From positions 880 through 64,879 of the forward strand of contig JAESPQ010000123.1 in the NCBI GenBank assembly GCA_016765535.1: a stretch of 64,000 nt of DNA, given 5' to 3'. The position numbers and the translations under genes are program-made. Source of the DNA: Alteromonadaceae bacterium. GTDB taxonomy: Bacteria > Pseudomonadota > Gammaproteobacteria > Enterobacterales > Alteromonadaceae. The notes under the pieces are model-generated. The model was not told where the DNA came from. It worked only from the letters and a program-made list of their open reading frames with translations, and ran no database searches. Positions 19,997 to 31,387 of the stretch are shown piece by piece (the first letter of the stretch is position 1; each line of letters opens with the position of its first letter).

Positions 19997-21160
19997 ATGC
20001 AAAGTCCTTTTACCTTTAATAACAACCAGTTATCTTTATCTCGATTTCCCGTGGATAAAAACAACCCAACGTTGCAAGCATGGGATGCCGCAGATGAGTA
20101 TCTAATAAATTATTTATACGAAAATAATTTACTCAACAAAAATATAACAGCACTGATATTTAATGACTCTTTTGGTGCTTTAGCGCTAAGTTGCGCGCAA
20201 CAGCAAGTGTTTAGTGTTAACGACTCTTATGTTAGTCAACAAGGTTTACAACATAATTTGCAAGTAAATGAGCAGCAAATAGCTTTAACGACAAGCTCGT
20301 TAACCTTACTTAACAGCCTTGATGAATTACCAAAAGATATCGATATTATTCTTTATAAAATCCCTAAGAGTAAATCTTTATTAATTGAACAATTAGCCAA
20401 AATTTCAGTTCATTATAACGATAACACCTTATTTATTGCGGGCGCACGAGCAAAAGATATTCATAGTTCCACATTAAGGCTTTTTGAAAAACACCTCGGC
20501 ACTACAACAACATCGTTAGCGGTAAAAAAAGCACGTTTAGTTTTTTCTAACATAAATAACAAAACACTTACCGAGTCTTTATTTCCAACAACTTGGCCGT
20601 TAGAAAACACTAATTTTGTTATTACTAATCACGCTAATGTTTTTGCTCGTGAACAGTTAGATTTAGGCGCACGCTTTTTTTTACAGCATTTGCCGCTATT
20701 AAAGAGCAATGATCATGTTATTGATTTAGGTTGTGGCAACGGTGTTATTGGCTTGTCGTTATTAGCTAAACAAAAATTTAGCATACAAAGTTCTATTCAG
20801 CTTGATTTTATTGATGAATCGTACATGGCGGTAGCTTCAGCTAAGGTAAATATTGAACAAAATTTGCCAACACTTAAAATGCAATGTAATTTTATTTGGA
20901 CTGATTGTTTAACTGATGTTGACGCTAATAGTACTGATTTGATTTTATGTAATCCCCCTTTTCATCAGCAACATGCGGTAACCGATCATATTGCTTGGCA
21001 AATGTTTACCGGTAGTCATCGAGTGTTAAAAAAGGGCGGTGAATTACGTATTATTGGCAATCGGCAATTAGGCTATCATACTAAATTGACAAAAATATTC
21101 AGCAAGGTTGAAATAATTGCTAGCAACAAAAAATTCGTCATCATTAAAGCATTCAAATAG
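19997..21160 (+). CDS. rlmG: rRNA (guanine-N2)-methyltransferase, RlmG-like
   Basis: Two-domain 387 aa protein with SAM motif DLGCGNGVIG and catalytic NPPFH. Confidence 0.7.
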   Translation: MQSPFTFNNNQLSLSRFPVDKNNPTLQAWDAADEYLINYLYENNLLNKNITALIFNDSFGALALSCAQQQVFSVNDSYVSQQGLQHNLQVNEQQIALTTSSLTLLNSLDELPKDIDIILYKIPKSKSLLIEQLAKISVHYNDNTLFIAGARAKDIHSSTLRLFEKHLGTTTTSLAVKKARLVFSNINNKTLTESLFPTTWPLENTNFVITNHANVFAREQLDLGARFFLQHLPLLKSNDHVIDLGCGNGVIGLSLLAKQKFSIQSSIQLDFIDESYMAVASAKVNIEQNLPTLKMQCNFIWTDCLTDVDANSTDLILCNPPFHQQHAVTDHIAWQMFTGSHRVLKKGGELRIIGNRQLGYHTKLTKIFSKVEIIASNKKFVIIKAFK

Positions 21161-21183
21161 TTTATGCAATCATTAGGAAGAAA

Positions 21184-21756
21184 ATGAAACAGTTAACCAT
21201 AACGATACTTTTTACCCTGCTACTTGCAGCCTGTAGTAACACGCCAAAAGTATTGATCATAGCGCCAGAAAGTAACCACGCCTTCAATACTATTTATAGC
21301 GATAAAAGTGTCTCTTTGTTGGTGCAAGATTTCCGTGCAAATCGCCATATTATGCAAATTCTAAAAACCGATAAAGCCGCCGAAATAATTAACAGTAAGC
21401 AAGCAATGAAAGCGGTGGTTAAAAAGGCATTTACACAAATATTTACTCAACAAGGGTTAACCGTTTCCCTTGCTAATAACGACAATAAGGCAAATATTAA
21501 TCTTTATATCGACTCAGCCTTGATAAACGTACAGCAATCGTTAGTTAAATATAAAGCCAGTAATGAAATAGTGTTACGTGTTGCAATACAAAATAAAGAT
21601 AAAAAATTAAATAAAACATTTAGCATGCATGGTAAAAGTAATGGCCCGTTTAAAGCCGATTTAGCCGTTTTAGAACGTGATTTCAATCAACAATTAACTC
21701 GACTTATAAGCCAAATTGTTAACGATAGCGAAGTGCAGCAGTTTATTAAACAATAA
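21184..21756 (+). CDS. yajG: YajG-like lipoprotein
   Basis: Lipobox LLAACS and size of about 190 aa. The bolA...yajG...ampG neighbourhood resembles E. coli. Confidence 0.55.
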   Translation: MKQLTITILFTLLLAACSNTPKVLIIAPESNHAFNTIYSDKSVSLLVQDFRANRHIMQILKTDKAAEIINSKQAMKAVVKKAFTQIFTQQGLTVSLANNDNKANINLYIDSALINVQQSLVKYKASNEIVLRVAIQNKDKKLNKTFSMHGKSNGPFKADLAVLERDFNQQLTRLISQIVNDSEVQQFIKQ

Positions 21757-21804
21757 TAATTTTTCTTACGTAAAACCTAAAACACAGTAAATAGGATTGA
21801 ACCA

Positions 21805-22416
21805 ATGAAATTATCTTTATTAAAACGCCCTTTCATTACCGCGTTTATATTAATTTTTAGTATTAGCGCACCGATATTCGCAAAAAAAAATATTGCTATA
21901 GATCCCGATAATCTTTTTCCTAAGGTAAAATTGCAAACCTCAAAAGGGGTAATTATTGTTGAGTTAGATCGCGTAAAAGCACCAATAACCGTCGATAATT
22001 TTTTAACTTATGTCGTTTCTGGTGAATATAACAACACCGTATTTCATCGTATCATTGCAGGTTTTATCGCCCAAGGCGGCGCTTACGATAAAGACTTTAC
22101 TCTCAAAAAAAGTAATGGCGATATTGTGAATGAGTCGGGTAATGGTTGGAAGAATGTTACTGGTACTATCGCTATGGCAAAAGAAATGCGTCCTCACACA
22201 GCAAACCGTCAATTCTTTTTTAATCTTGCCGATAATAAAACCTTAGATCCTGGGCGAAAATGGGGCTATGCAGTATTTGGTAGTATTGTCGAAGGCGAAG
22301 AAGTAATCGAGGCCATAGGAAAAGTTAAAACTCATTATGATGAAGCTCTCGGTTGGGAAGATGTTCCTGTTACACCCGTATTTTTAATAAAAGCAACCTT
22401 ACTACCAGCAGAATAG
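21805..22416 (+). CDS. ppiA: periplasmic cyclophilin-type peptidyl-prolyl isomerase
   Basis: Signal peptide; FHRIIAGFIAQGG and MAK...ANRQFFFNL cyclophilin motifs. Confidence 0.9.
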   Translation: MKLSLLKRPFITAFILIFSISAPIFAKKNIAIDPDNLFPKVKLQTSKGVIIVELDRVKAPITVDNFLTYVVSGEYNNTVFHRIIAGFIAQGGAYDKDFTLKKSNGDIVNESGNGWKNVTGTIAMAKEMRPHTANRQFFFNLADNKTLDPGRKWGYAVFGSIVEGEEVIEAIGKVKTHYDEALGWEDVPVTPVFLIKATLLPAE

Positions 22417-22418
22417 TG

Positions 22419-22470
<52 letters not shown>

Positions 22471-22697
22471 TTTATCTAAAAAAAACACGGTATAATCAAG
22501 AAATTCACCTTAATATTTTTTAAATTATATTTTATGGCTAATTTATTGATTATATTAGCTAATACTTATTTAGTTACAGATTATACCAAAGTAGTATATC
22601 GACCACTTTGACAAACAGCGTTTTATCACCCATAACTTAAGCAAGCAAAAACTAAAAACACGCTAACATTAACCATTAAAGAATAACCATTAAACAA

Positions 22698-22854
22698 CAT
22701 GCCTATGTACTTGGTTCAGGTAGACTTGTAGCTTGTAGGTTGGGCTTCAGCCCATCAATTCATGTTATTTATTCTGCCTTTGACGACATAAATGTCGACC
22801 TACAGAAGAATTACCGAATTAAATAAGGGTTCCTGAGTTATCTGCATAGGCATG
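22698..22854. mobile_element. 157 bp MITE-like element with 10 bp perfect terminal inverted repeats and 8 bp target-site duplication
   Basis: TIR CATGCCTATG (22698-22707) and CATAGGCATG (22845-22854). Flanked by direct TTAAACAA at 22690-22697 and 22855-22862. The interior carries REP-like GTAGGTTGGGCTTCAGCCCATC and GTCGACCTAC. Confidence 0.75.
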
Positions 22855-22977
22855 TTAAACAACGTTAAATTAAAATAATAAATATTTCCAATCCCATACT
22901 GTTTTTTAGATGTGTGAGACATTATGCAATTGATGTATTTTAAAATCAGCAGTCAAAATTATTGACTAGAGGGATTT

Positions 22978-23307
22978 ATGATAATTGAGCAGTTTATCCA
23001 TGAAAAAACACTGCAACTTAATACTTATATAAAGGCTGTTTTAGCCAAAACTATTCATTACACCGAATTAGACTTATTTATTAATGATGTTATGGAAGAA
23101 TGGACATCTTTGTTAGTCACGGAAGAAAGCCCAAATAGTGCCCGTGAACGAGTCTTCTGGCATTTAATTCACGAATTATGCTTACATGGCGCACAAGCCT
23201 TACAGCATGACTTATTCCTAAAAAGCGAAGTTAATACTTGTATCGATTTTTTTGATGGCGTAGGTAGTTACCCAATCGACTGTATTGGCTGGCGTCCTAT
23301 TGCTTAA
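22978..23307 (+). CDS. hypothetical protein
   Basis: 109 aa ORF with ATG start. No motif recognised. Confidence 0.45.
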   Translation: MIIEQFIHEKTLQLNTYIKAVLAKTIHYTELDLFINDVMEEWTSLLVTEESPNSARERVFWHLIHELCLHGAQALQHDLFLKSEVNTCIDFFDGVGSYPIDCIGWRPIA

Positions 23308-23311
23308 TAAG

Positions 23312-25006
23312 TCAGGCTAGCTTTTTTTTTGCTTTAAAACCGATTCTAAATCCGCCCCAGTGTTTACCTTCAATAAATATTGGTGCTGAAATATCATGCA
23401 TTATTTCCCCGGTATCTCTTTTATAGGTTTGCAATAAAAATTTATCCGTATGTGCACCACAACGTATTCCTGTCGCATCAGAAAAAATACGCTTAGTACG
23501 ATTTTGAGCAAAATCTATTTGATAGTTCCCCGTTAATGGTTTAGAAAAACATTTATTATGGGTTGGAAAATAACCATTAATGTCAACCGCACCTGCATAA
23601 ATCATGGCATCAAACTTTGCCAACAAAGACTCTTGAACACTGGGTAAAACTTGATCGGTAAACTTATCAAAACTAGTGCTATGCTTTTGCGGATCGGTAT
23701 TCGCTATTTTATGATATCTAAAATCAAATAAATCACCCGTAGATATTTTTCCTTGCTTAATACTTTGCTCAAATATTTTCCCTACCTCATCTGCTGCAAA
23801 TTGCACTTGCTCAGACATAATTTCAATCAATGAATGGGTTTTAAAATCAGCTAATTGCACAAACACAGACTCAGTGCTGGTTGATAAACCTTGTGCTTGT
23901 ATTGAAACACTCTTAGTATCGCGACCTTTACTCAATAAAAAATCATGCAAGTTAGTAATAGATGAAGAAATAATGCTTGAGGTATTATCAAATTCTTGTA
24001 GCGCATGACTAATATAGCCGCTAGCATCAGAAGATTCGCTGGTTAGTTGACGAATATTATTAAGTGCACTAGACAGCTCGCCCATAGTTGTTACCACGGT
24101 GGACGTTTGTACAACAATTTGTGACATAACATTGGTAGTTTCTTCGGTTTCATCACTAATTTGTTTAAGCATTTGTGCTATTTGATCCGTTGCATCAGCC
24201 GTTTTCGAGGCTAACGCTCTTACTTCATCAGCAACCACGGCAAAACCTCGTCCTTGCTCTCCTGCGCGTGCAGCTTCTATAGCGGCATTAAGTGCTAATA
24301 AATTAGTTTGCCCTGATATACCATCAATAACTTCAGTAATGCTTTGTATTTCTATTGCTTTTTTTGATAACGATTTTATCTTTTCCGCCGCAGCGAGCAC
24401 ATCATTATGCAAAGTTTCGACAATATGAATGTTCGCATTAATATTTTCAGCGCCTTCGTCACTGGCTTTTACCGCCAAGTTTGCTTGTTTTGATGCAAGT
24501 GCCGCATTGTTATTAATTTCATTGGTACTCACTGACATTTGCTCTGCTGCGGTCGCTAACTGATCAACATCATCACTTGATTTATTAATCGCCGTATTTA
24601 ACTGCTCAAGAAAAAAACTTATTTCAGCGGCATTTATCGCTAATTCACTAGCTTGATTGTCTATTATTTTAGCCGAGGTATTGTGCTGCATCAGCTTATT
24701 AACAAGCAAATCAATTATATTACCGGCTGACTGCTCACTGTTAACGTTTGATAATATAGCGGAAATATCAGCAGGTATTTCATTTGATTGACGTAAGTGT
24801 AGGTGAGAAGTTAAATAATATTTTAATAGCAAGGCAAAAAATAGCGTTACTATAAAGCTAACACTTAACGTAATTTCTATATGCTTTTCAGCAAAAACGC
24901 TAAAACTATAAACATTAATAAAGGTGATCATTAATGCCGATAGTATGATCAAAATAATTGTTTTAGCATTCATCCGTGAATTCAAGGTTGAAATGTTACT
25001 CACCAT
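23312..25006 (-). CDS. methyl-accepting chemotaxis protein with a C-terminal extra domain
   Basis: Two N-terminal TM helices with almost no periplasmic loop. Conserved signalling hairpin [31 protein letters not shown]. About 170 aa follow the MA domain and end in [11 protein letters not shown]. Confidence 0.9.
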   Translation of the reverse strand: MVSNISTLNSRMNAKTIILIILSALMITFINVYSFSVFAEKHIEITLSVSFIVTLFFALLLKYYLTSHLHLRQSNEIPADISAILSNVNSEQSAGNIIDLLVNKLMQHNTSAKIIDNQASELAINAAEISFFLEQLNTAINKSSDDVDQLATAAEQMSVSTNEINNNAALASKQANLAVKASDEGAENINANIHIVETLHNDVLAAAEKIKSLSKKAIEIQSITEVIDGISGQTNLLALNAAIEAARAGEQGRGFAVVADEVRALASKTADATDQIAQMLKQISDETEETTNVMSQIVVQTSTVVTTMGELSSALNNIRQLTSESSDASGYISHALQEFDNTSSIISSSITNLHDFLLSKGRDTKSVSIQAQGLSTSTESVFVQLADFKTHSLIEIMSEQVQFAADEVGKIFEQSIKQGKISTGDLFDFRYHKIANTDPQKHSTSFDKFTDQVLPSVQESLLAKFDAMIYAGAVDINGYFPTHNKCFSKPLTGNYQIDFAQNRTKRIFSDATGIRCGAHTDKFLLQTYKRDTGEIMHDISAPIFIEGKHWGGFRIGFKAKKKLA

Positions 25007-25261
25007 TACTTATTTTCCTAAAGTCGCAATAACCAAAAGTATCAATAAAGACTACTTTGACCACTACATAAAAACTAACCATCAATTAAATTCAAGTTAA
25101 ATAAATAGCAGTGTATTAACAACTAGACCTTAGTCTATTTTTTCGACCAGACTTTTTATTCCTGCTATTTTTAAGCATAAATACATTTTCTTTCATATAT
25201 CACTTCTGTCTGTAGCAAGTCTTTGCTAGGCTAGGAATAAGTTTTCCTCAGTTATTTATTC

Positions 25262-26881
25262 ATGTCATCAACACATTCTTTTCGCCAAGTTTTTGGTTAT
25301 TTTAAAGACCGTCGTCTACTCACTATATTTTGTTTTGGTATTGCCAGTGGTTTTCCTTGGGTAATGATAGGTTCGGCCATGAGTGGTTGGTTAAAAGACG
25401 AGGGATTAAGTCGCTCTAGCATCGGCTTATTTGGCTTGATTTTTGTTGCTTATAGCATTAATTTTTTATGGTCGCCGTTAGTTGATCGAGTAAGGCTTTA
25501 TAAATTAACGACTTTTTTAGGGCAACGTAAAAGTTGGATTGTTGTCACGCAATTCATCATTGTGCTCGCGGCTTTTCAATTAAGCCAACTTAATGTGGCA
25601 CATCAACTAAGTTTAATGGCGTTATTTGGACTAATTATTGCGCTTGCTGGAGCAACACAAGATATTGCTGTTGACGCTTATCGTATTGATATTTTATCGC
25701 AAGGTGTAAGCGGTGAAGAGGAAGCGAATTTAATGACCGCAGGCTCTGCCATGGCCACCTCTGGCTGGTGGACAGGCTATGCAGGGTTAGGTAGTATCGC
25801 TTTTATTTTGGTAGACCAACCCAATTGGCAGTGGTCGCAAGTTTATTTAGTGCTTGCTGGCATCATGAGTTTATTAATGATCACCGCTTTTATTGTTAAA
25901 GAACCCATTAATAATAGAGAAATCGAGCAAGCAGCTATTGAACAAAATTATCTTAACGCTTTACCGTATTTTGGTCATCGTCCGTTAGTTATTTTATTAC
26001 TGCTACCGCTTATTTTTTTAGCGATCATTTATGCTAATATTGGCTATCCTTATTGGCCTGAGTCGCTAATGAGTAACGACTATCGTTTTAGCTTTTTAAG
26101 CGTATTTATTGTAATGCTGTTAGTTGTTTTCTCTCGACAACTAGCGTTACTTAATAAAAAAATAAATAATGTTACTCATAGCCTAAAACCAAAACCAGTT
26201 ACACCTATTCATAAACTCACCGCTTGGTTACTAACAACCTTAGTAGCCCCTATTCAAGAGTTTTTTCAACGCAATGGCACAAAACTCGCACTGTCTATTT
26301 TATTATTTATCTTTTTATTTAAATTGGGTGAAGCTTATTTAGGACGAATGTCTATCGTGTTTTATCGTGAAATCGGCTTTAGTAATAGTGATATTGCTTA
26401 TTATTCTAAAATGATCAACTGGGCAGTCACCATAGTATTTTCATTAATCGGCAGCGTATTCACCATGCGTTATGGTATTTTAAAAGGATTATTTATTGGC
26501 GGCATTGCTATGGCATCAAGTAATCTGTTATTTGCCTTAATGGCAACGGTAGGACCTGACAAAGCATTATTTGCCTTTACCGTATTGGTAGATGGTTTTA
26601 CTTCGGCATGGGGTTCGGTTGCCTTTGTTGCCCTACTTTCAGTGCTATGTAACCGTACATTTACTGCTAGCCAATATGCACTAATGGCATCGCTTGGCAC
26701 TTTTGGCCGAGTAATGCTGGGGTCTTATTCAGGCATTATGGTAGATTATTTAGGTGGCAATTGGTCATTGTTTTTTGTGCTCACCGCATTAATGGTGATC
26801 CCAAGCTTGCTGTTTTTATATAGTATTCGTAAACCGCTTACAGAATTAATTAATCAACAACAACAAGTTAAATGTGATTAA
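25262..26881 (+). CDS. ampG: AmpG-family muropeptide MFS transporter
   Basis: Polytopic 539 aa protein with an AmpG-like N-terminus (LGIASGFPWVMIGSAMSGWL, WSPLVDR). Confidence 0.8.
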   Translation: MSSTHSFRQVFGYFKDRRLLTIFCFGIASGFPWVMIGSAMSGWLKDEGLSRSSIGLFGLIFVAYSINFLWSPLVDRVRLYKLTTFLGQRKSWIVVTQFIIVLAAFQLSQLNVAHQLSLMALFGLIIALAGATQDIAVDAYRIDILSQGVSGEEEANLMTAGSAMATSGWWTGYAGLGSIAFILVDQPNWQWSQVYLVLAGIMSLLMITAFIVKEPINNREIEQAAIEQNYLNALPYFGHRPLVILLLLPLIFLAIIYANIGYPYWPESLMSNDYRFSFLSVFIVMLLVVFSRQLALLNKKINNVTHSLKPKPVTPIHKLTAWLLTTLVAPIQEFFQRNGTKLALSILLFIFLFKLGEAYLGRMSIVFYREIGFSNSDIAYYSKMINWAVTIVFSLIGSVFTMRYGILKGLFIGGIAMASSNLLFALMATVGPDKALFAFTVLVDGFTSAWGSVAFVALLSVLCNRTFTASQYALMASLGTFGRVMLGSYSGIMVDYLGGNWSLFFVLTALMVIPSLLFLYSIRKPLTELINQQQQVKCD

Positions 26882-26950
26882 TTACTATTTATAACGTATA
26901 TTAAAATACCATCGTTTATAAAATATAATTGCCTCTAAATTTGGATAGAA

Positions 26951-27121
26951 ATGATTAAATTTTTCTTTTTACTACCTATTTTAATGTCTGCTATCTGGTG
27001 GTGGTTTTTAGATAACAAGGGTTACACATTAAAACAAGGCTTAAAAGGTTTTGCTTACATCATTGCTTTTAACGCCGTTATTATTGCCTTTTTTGTATTG
27101 ATGCTGTTTGTAACGCATTAA
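26951..27121 (+). CDS. small two-TM membrane protein (56 aa, below the ORF-track cutoff)
   Basis: ATG..TAA ORF MIKFFFLLPILMSAIWWWFLDNKGYTLKQGLKGFAYIIAFNAVIIAFFVLMLFVTH, followed by a hairpin terminator at about 27157-27185. Confidence 0.45.
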   Translation: MIKFFFLLPILMSAIWWWFLDNKGYTLKQGLKGFAYIIAFNAVIIAFFVLMLFVTH

Positions 27122-27212
27122 TACGTGATAATGCCTGTAAGGATATAAAATAATAAAACCAACATAAACTTGTTGGTTTTATTGTTAAAAACTCATCTCT
27201 TTAATCACTTTT

Positions 27213-27713
27213 TTAGAACTGATAACTTAAAATCACCCCACCATCAAAACGATTTACATTCGCGCGATTACTTTGCCCATATCCCCCTTCAAAACGAATT
27301 TTAACGCCTGAGTTGTGAACGCCTGAAAAATAATAACTGTAGTTTAAAGCTACACCATTGGTGGTTTCACTATCAAGCACTTCAAATAACGAACAGATAA
27401 ATTCACTGGTACTATTATTGGTAGTATCACTACAATGTGTCGCATCTCTAGAACCAATAGCACCCAAAGTAAAACCTAACGTTTGGTTATTACCCGATAA
27501 TTGTTGTTCAAACCCAAGTGAAAAACCGTAATCTAAACCCGCTTTAACGTTGGCAAAAAAACGTTGATCATCATTCATCGCGGGCATAGACACATCTAAA
27601 ACACTAACGAACGGATAACCTGTACCCGCAGAAAATTTTATCTCACTAGCTTTAGCACTAAAACTAAATCCCAAGATGAGTATCAGTAGTAAATTAAAAT
27701 GAAAGAACTTCAT
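27213..27713 (-). CDS. small outer-membrane beta-barrel protein
   Basis: Signal peptide, alternating beta-strand pattern, C-terminal ...ILSYQF aromatic terminus. Confidence 0.7.
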   Translation of the reverse strand: MKFFHFNLLLILILGFSFSAKASEIKFSAGTGYPFVSVLDVSMPAMNDDQRFFANVKAGLDYGFSLGFEQQLSGNNQTLGFTLGAIGSRDATHCSDTTNNSTSEFICSLFEVLDSETTNGVALNYSYYFSGVHNSGVKIRFEGGYGQSNRANVNRFDGGVILSYQF

Positions 27714-27802
27714 TGATTTCCTTATTATCTATTGAGAAAAACTCATTTTAGTTTACAGTTTAATAACAATTAAACAATATAATTTCATTCTCATTAGGTA
27801 AT

Positions 27803-27835
27803 AAAAAAACCTCACTGTTTTACAACAATGAGGTT
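27803..27835 (-). terminator. guaA terminator
   Basis: AACCTCA...TGAGGTT hairpin followed by T7 on the minus strand, about 40 nt after the guaA stop. Confidence 0.65.
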
Positions 27836-27876
27836 TAAATATTTATAATAAAGTTAAGTATATATTGTGAATAAAA

Positions 27877-29454
27877 TTATTCCCATTCAATAGTCGCTGG
27901 TGGTTTACCACTTATGTCATAGACTACACGCGAAATACCATCAATTTCGTTAATAATACGGTTAGACACTAACCCTAAAAAATCATAAGGTAAATGCGAC
28001 CAACGAGCGGTCATAAAGTCGATAGTTTCAACACAACGTAAACTTACTACCCAATCATATTTACGCGCATCGCCCATAACCCCAACTGAACGTACGGGTA
28101 AAAACACCGTAAAGGCTTGGCTTACTTTTTGGTATAAATCATGATTGTGTAATTCTTCAATAAATATAGCATCTGCGCGGCGTAGTAAATCACAATATTC
28201 TTTTTTCACTTCACCCAAAACACGTACCCCTAAACCAGGCCCAGGAAATGGATGACGATATAGCATGTCGTATGGCAAACCTAGTTCTAAACCAATTTTA
28301 CGAACTTCATCTTTAAATAATTCACGCAATGGTTCAATTAAACCGAGAGCCATATCGTCAGGCAAACCACCGACGTTATGATGAGATTTAATCACATGCG
28401 CTTTACCCGTAGCAGAGGCCGCAGATTCAATCACGTCAGGATAAATAGTGCCTTGTGCTAACCATTTTGCATTATTGAGTTTTTTCGATTCTTCATCGAA
28501 CACTTCAACAAAAACATTACCGATAATTTTACGTTTTTTCTCAGGATCAGCTTCACCTTTCATGCGATCTAAAAAGCGATCTTCAGCTTTAACATGAATA
28601 ATATTTAAACCAAATTTATCGCCAAACATATCCATGACTTGTTGGCCTTCGTTTAAACGCAACAAGCCATTATCAACAAATACACAGGTTAATTTATCAC
28701 CAATAGCTCGTTGCAATAACATTGCTACCACTGATGAGTCAACACCGCCAGAAAGCCCTAAAATAACTTCATCATCGCCAATTTGTGTTTTCATTTTGGC
28801 AATAGCATCTTCAATAATAGTGGCTGATGTCCATAGTTTTTCACATTGGCAAATAGTAACAATAAAGTGTTCTAAAATACGTAAACCTTGTTTAGTGTGC
28901 GTTACTTCGGGATGAAACTGTACGCCGTAGAATTTTTTATTTTCATTGGCTATTGCCGCAAAAGCACAGCTATCAGTTTTAGCAATCGTAGTAAAACCGG
29001 TAGGAATACTGGCAACTTTATCGCCATGACTCATCCATACATCTAAGAGTGCATTACCATTATCAGCAACATGGTCTTCAATAGCGTTAAATAACGCTGA
29101 TTTAGTGATAACTTCTACCGCAGCATAGCCGAATTCTTTATGTTCGCTACTTTGTACACTACCGCCTAATTGCTCAGCCATAGTTTGCATGCCGTAGCAA
29201 ATACCTAATACGGGCACGCCAGCATTAAATACATATTCTGGTGCGCGTGGAGAATTATTCTCTGTTACCGACTCTGGTCCACCCGCAAGAATAATACCTG
29301 TAGGGTTAAATTTTTTAATTTGCGCCTCGGTTACATCCCAAGCCCAAAGCTCACAATAAACACCAATTTCACGCACACGACGAGCAATAAGTTGAGTGTA
29401 TTGTGAACCAAAATCTAAAATTAAGATGCGATGATCATGAATGTCTTTGCTCAT
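27877..29454 (-). CDS. guaA: GMP synthase (glutamine-hydrolysing)
   Basis: [21 protein letters not shown] matches the canonical GuaA N-terminus. SGGVDSS PP-loop and C-terminal ...PPATIEWE. I moved the start from the track's 29523 to the ATG at 29452-29454, which has an AGGA RBS. Confidence 0.95.
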   Translation of the reverse strand: MSKDIHDHRILILDFGSQYTQLIARRVREIGVYCELWAWDVTEAQIKKFNPTGIILAGGPESVTENNSPRAPEYVFNAGVPVLGICYGMQTMAEQLGGSVQSSEHKEFGYAAVEVITKSALFNAIEDHVADNGNALLDVWMSHGDKVASIPTGFTTIAKTDSCAFAAIANENKKFYGVQFHPEVTHTKQGLRILEHFIVTICQCEKLWTSATIIEDAIAKMKTQIGDDEVILGLSGGVDSSVVAMLLQRAIGDKLTCVFVDNGLLRLNEGQQVMDMFGDKFGLNIIHVKAEDRFLDRMKGEADPEKKRKIIGNVFVEVFDEESKKLNNAKWLAQGTIYPDVIESAASATGKAHVIKSHHNVGGLPDDMALGLIEPLRELFKDEVRKIGLELGLPYDMLYRHPFPGPGLGVRVLGEVKKEYCDLLRRADAIFIEELHNHDLYQKVSQAFTVFLPVRSVGVMGDARKYDWVVSLRCVETIDFMTARWSHLPYDFLGLVSNRIINEIDGISRVVYDISGKPPATIEWE

Positions 29455-29546
29455 GTTTTTTCCTATCAATTTAGGTTGGGTTGATCCCAATAAAATAATG
29501 TAGATCGCCGCTTGCTGCGACAACTCAAGTTATACTGATTATCAAT

Positions 29547-29580
29547 ATTGTCGAGCCTCGCTACGCTCGTGTCGACCTAC
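29547..29580. repeat. REP-like intergenic repeat, family A (inverted copy)
   Basis: ATTGTCGAGCCTCGCTACGCTCGTGTCGACCTAC is the reverse complement of 1246-1279 with one mismatch. Confidence 0.7.
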
Positions 29581-29736
29581 AAAAAAGCCGATCTAAGCAA
29601 ATCGAGAATCATACAATCCTCATTATCTAGTTAAATTTAACAAAATAATTTTGTTCGAGAGCAAAGAAGAAGCGCGGAAACTAGTTTACTAATTGAGCAC
29701 TTCTGATGCTGATATCGTCAAAAAGATGAAGTTAAA

Positions 29737-31209
29737 TTAACTAGACCTATAGTTAGGCGCTTCTTTGGTGATGGTCACATCATGTACATGCGACTCGCCC
29801 ATGCCTGCTGAAGTGATCTTCATAAACTCAGGTTTTGTGCGCATAATTTCAATGGTTGCACTGCCTGTTAAGCCCATAGATGAACGTAAACCGCCCATTT
29901 GTTGATGAATAATTGCTGCAACATGACCTTTATAAGCTACACGCCCTTCAATACCTTCAGGCACTAATTTATCGGCTTCACCATCTGATTTTTGAAAATA
30001 ACGATCACTTGAGCCTTCTTTTTGACTCATTGCGCCTAATGAACCCATACCGCGATACGATTTATAATAACGACCTTGATATAATTCAACTTCACCAGGT
30101 GATTCTTCGGTGCCAGCAAACATGCTTCCAACCATCACACAATGCGCGCCCGCAACAAGTGCTTTAGCAATATCACCAGAAAAACGAATACCGCCATCGG
30201 CGATCACTGGAATGTCAGTCCCTTTTAAACCTTCAACCGCATCAGAAATAGCCGTTAATTGTGGCACACCTACCCCCGTAACAATACGGGTAGTACAAAT
30301 AGAACCTGGGCCAATACCTACTTTTACCGCATCAACACCCGCATCAGCTAATGCTTTTGCGCCAGCACCTGTGGCAACATTGCCCGCAATAATTTGTAAA
30401 TAAGGATAGGCTTTACGCGTGGCACTTACACGGTCTAATACACCTTGAGAATGACCATGTGAGGTATCAATTAATAATACATCAACACCAGCCTCAACTA
30501 AGGCTTCAATTCGCTCGTCTGTACCCGCGCCAACACCAACTGCAGCACCAACACGTAAACGACCTAATTCGTCTTTACATGCATTAGGTTTACTTTCTGC
30601 TTTTTGATAATCTTTAACGGTGATCATACCGATTAATTTAAAGGCGTCATCGACCATCAGAATTTTTTCAATGCGATTTTCGTGCATTAACCCTAAAATT
30701 TCATCACGGCTAGCACCATGTTTAACGGTCACTAATTTATCTTTAGTGGTCATCATTGCTGAAACGGGCTTACTTAAATTAGTAACAAAACGTAAATCAC
30801 GCCCCGTAATAATACCCACTAAATTATTATCGCCATCAACCACTGGAAAACCAGAAAAACCTAAGTCATCAGCTAAACGCATAATACTTTCAATAGAATT
30901 GTCTGGATTGACGGTAACAGGATCAGACACAATACCACTTTCATATTTTTTAACTTGAGCAACATTTTTAGCTTGCTCAGCAATGGTCATGTTTTTATGG
31001 ATAAAACCAACGCCACCTTCTTGAGCTAAGGTGATCGCTAAACGCGCTTCAGTTACTGTGTCCATAGACGCAGAAATCATTGGTACATTAAGATTTATTT
31101 TTCGAGTTAAACGGGTAGTTAAGTCGGCAGTATGGGGTAGTACCGTAGAATGGGCAGGTACTAATAAAACATCGTCAAAAGTTAACGCTTCTTGGGCAAT
31201 TCGTAGCAT
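29737..31209 (-). CDS. guaB: IMP dehydrogenase
   Basis: [11 protein letters not shown] catalytic loop, CBS pair insert, 490 aa. Confidence 0.97.
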   Translation of the reverse strand: MLRIAQEALTFDDVLLVPAHSTVLPHTADLTTRLTRKINLNVPMISASMDTVTEARLAITLAQEGGVGFIHKNMTIAEQAKNVAQVKKYESGIVSDPVTVNPDNSIESIMRLADDLGFSGFPVVDGDNNLVGIITGRDLRFVTNLSKPVSAMMTTKDKLVTVKHGASRDEILGLMHENRIEKILMVDDAFKLIGMITVKDYQKAESKPNACKDELGRLRVGAAVGVGAGTDERIEALVEAGVDVLLIDTSHGHSQGVLDRVSATRKAYPYLQIIAGNVATGAGAKALADAGVDAVKVGIGPGSICTTRIVTGVGVPQLTAISDAVEGLKGTDIPVIADGGIRFSGDIAKALVAGAHCVMVGSMFAGTEESPGEVELYQGRYYKSYRGMGSLGAMSQKEGSSDRYFQKSDGEADKLVPEGIEGRVAYKGHVAAIIHQQMGGLRSSMGLTGSATIEIMRTKPEFMKITSAGMGESHVHDVTITKEAPNYRSS

Positions 31210-31387
31210 CGCAACATCTCTCTAGCAAGGTGAATAGGGAGTAAATATTGCGGCAGAATTTTAACCGTTTTCGTGCATTAGGTAAACCAATATTTAGCTT
31301 TTTATTGAAAAAAATGCAGATCAGGGCCCACAACAAAGTTATACTACGCCTTACTTGAATTACTAATGATATAAAAACTAAACCTTT

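Noticed and set aside
29455-29523. N-terminal 23 aa extension of GuaA in the ORF track ([23 protein letters not shown]).
   Set aside because: The canonical GuaA N-terminus begins at the internal Met ([16 protein letters not shown]), which has an AGGA RBS. The extension has no counterpart in known GuaA.
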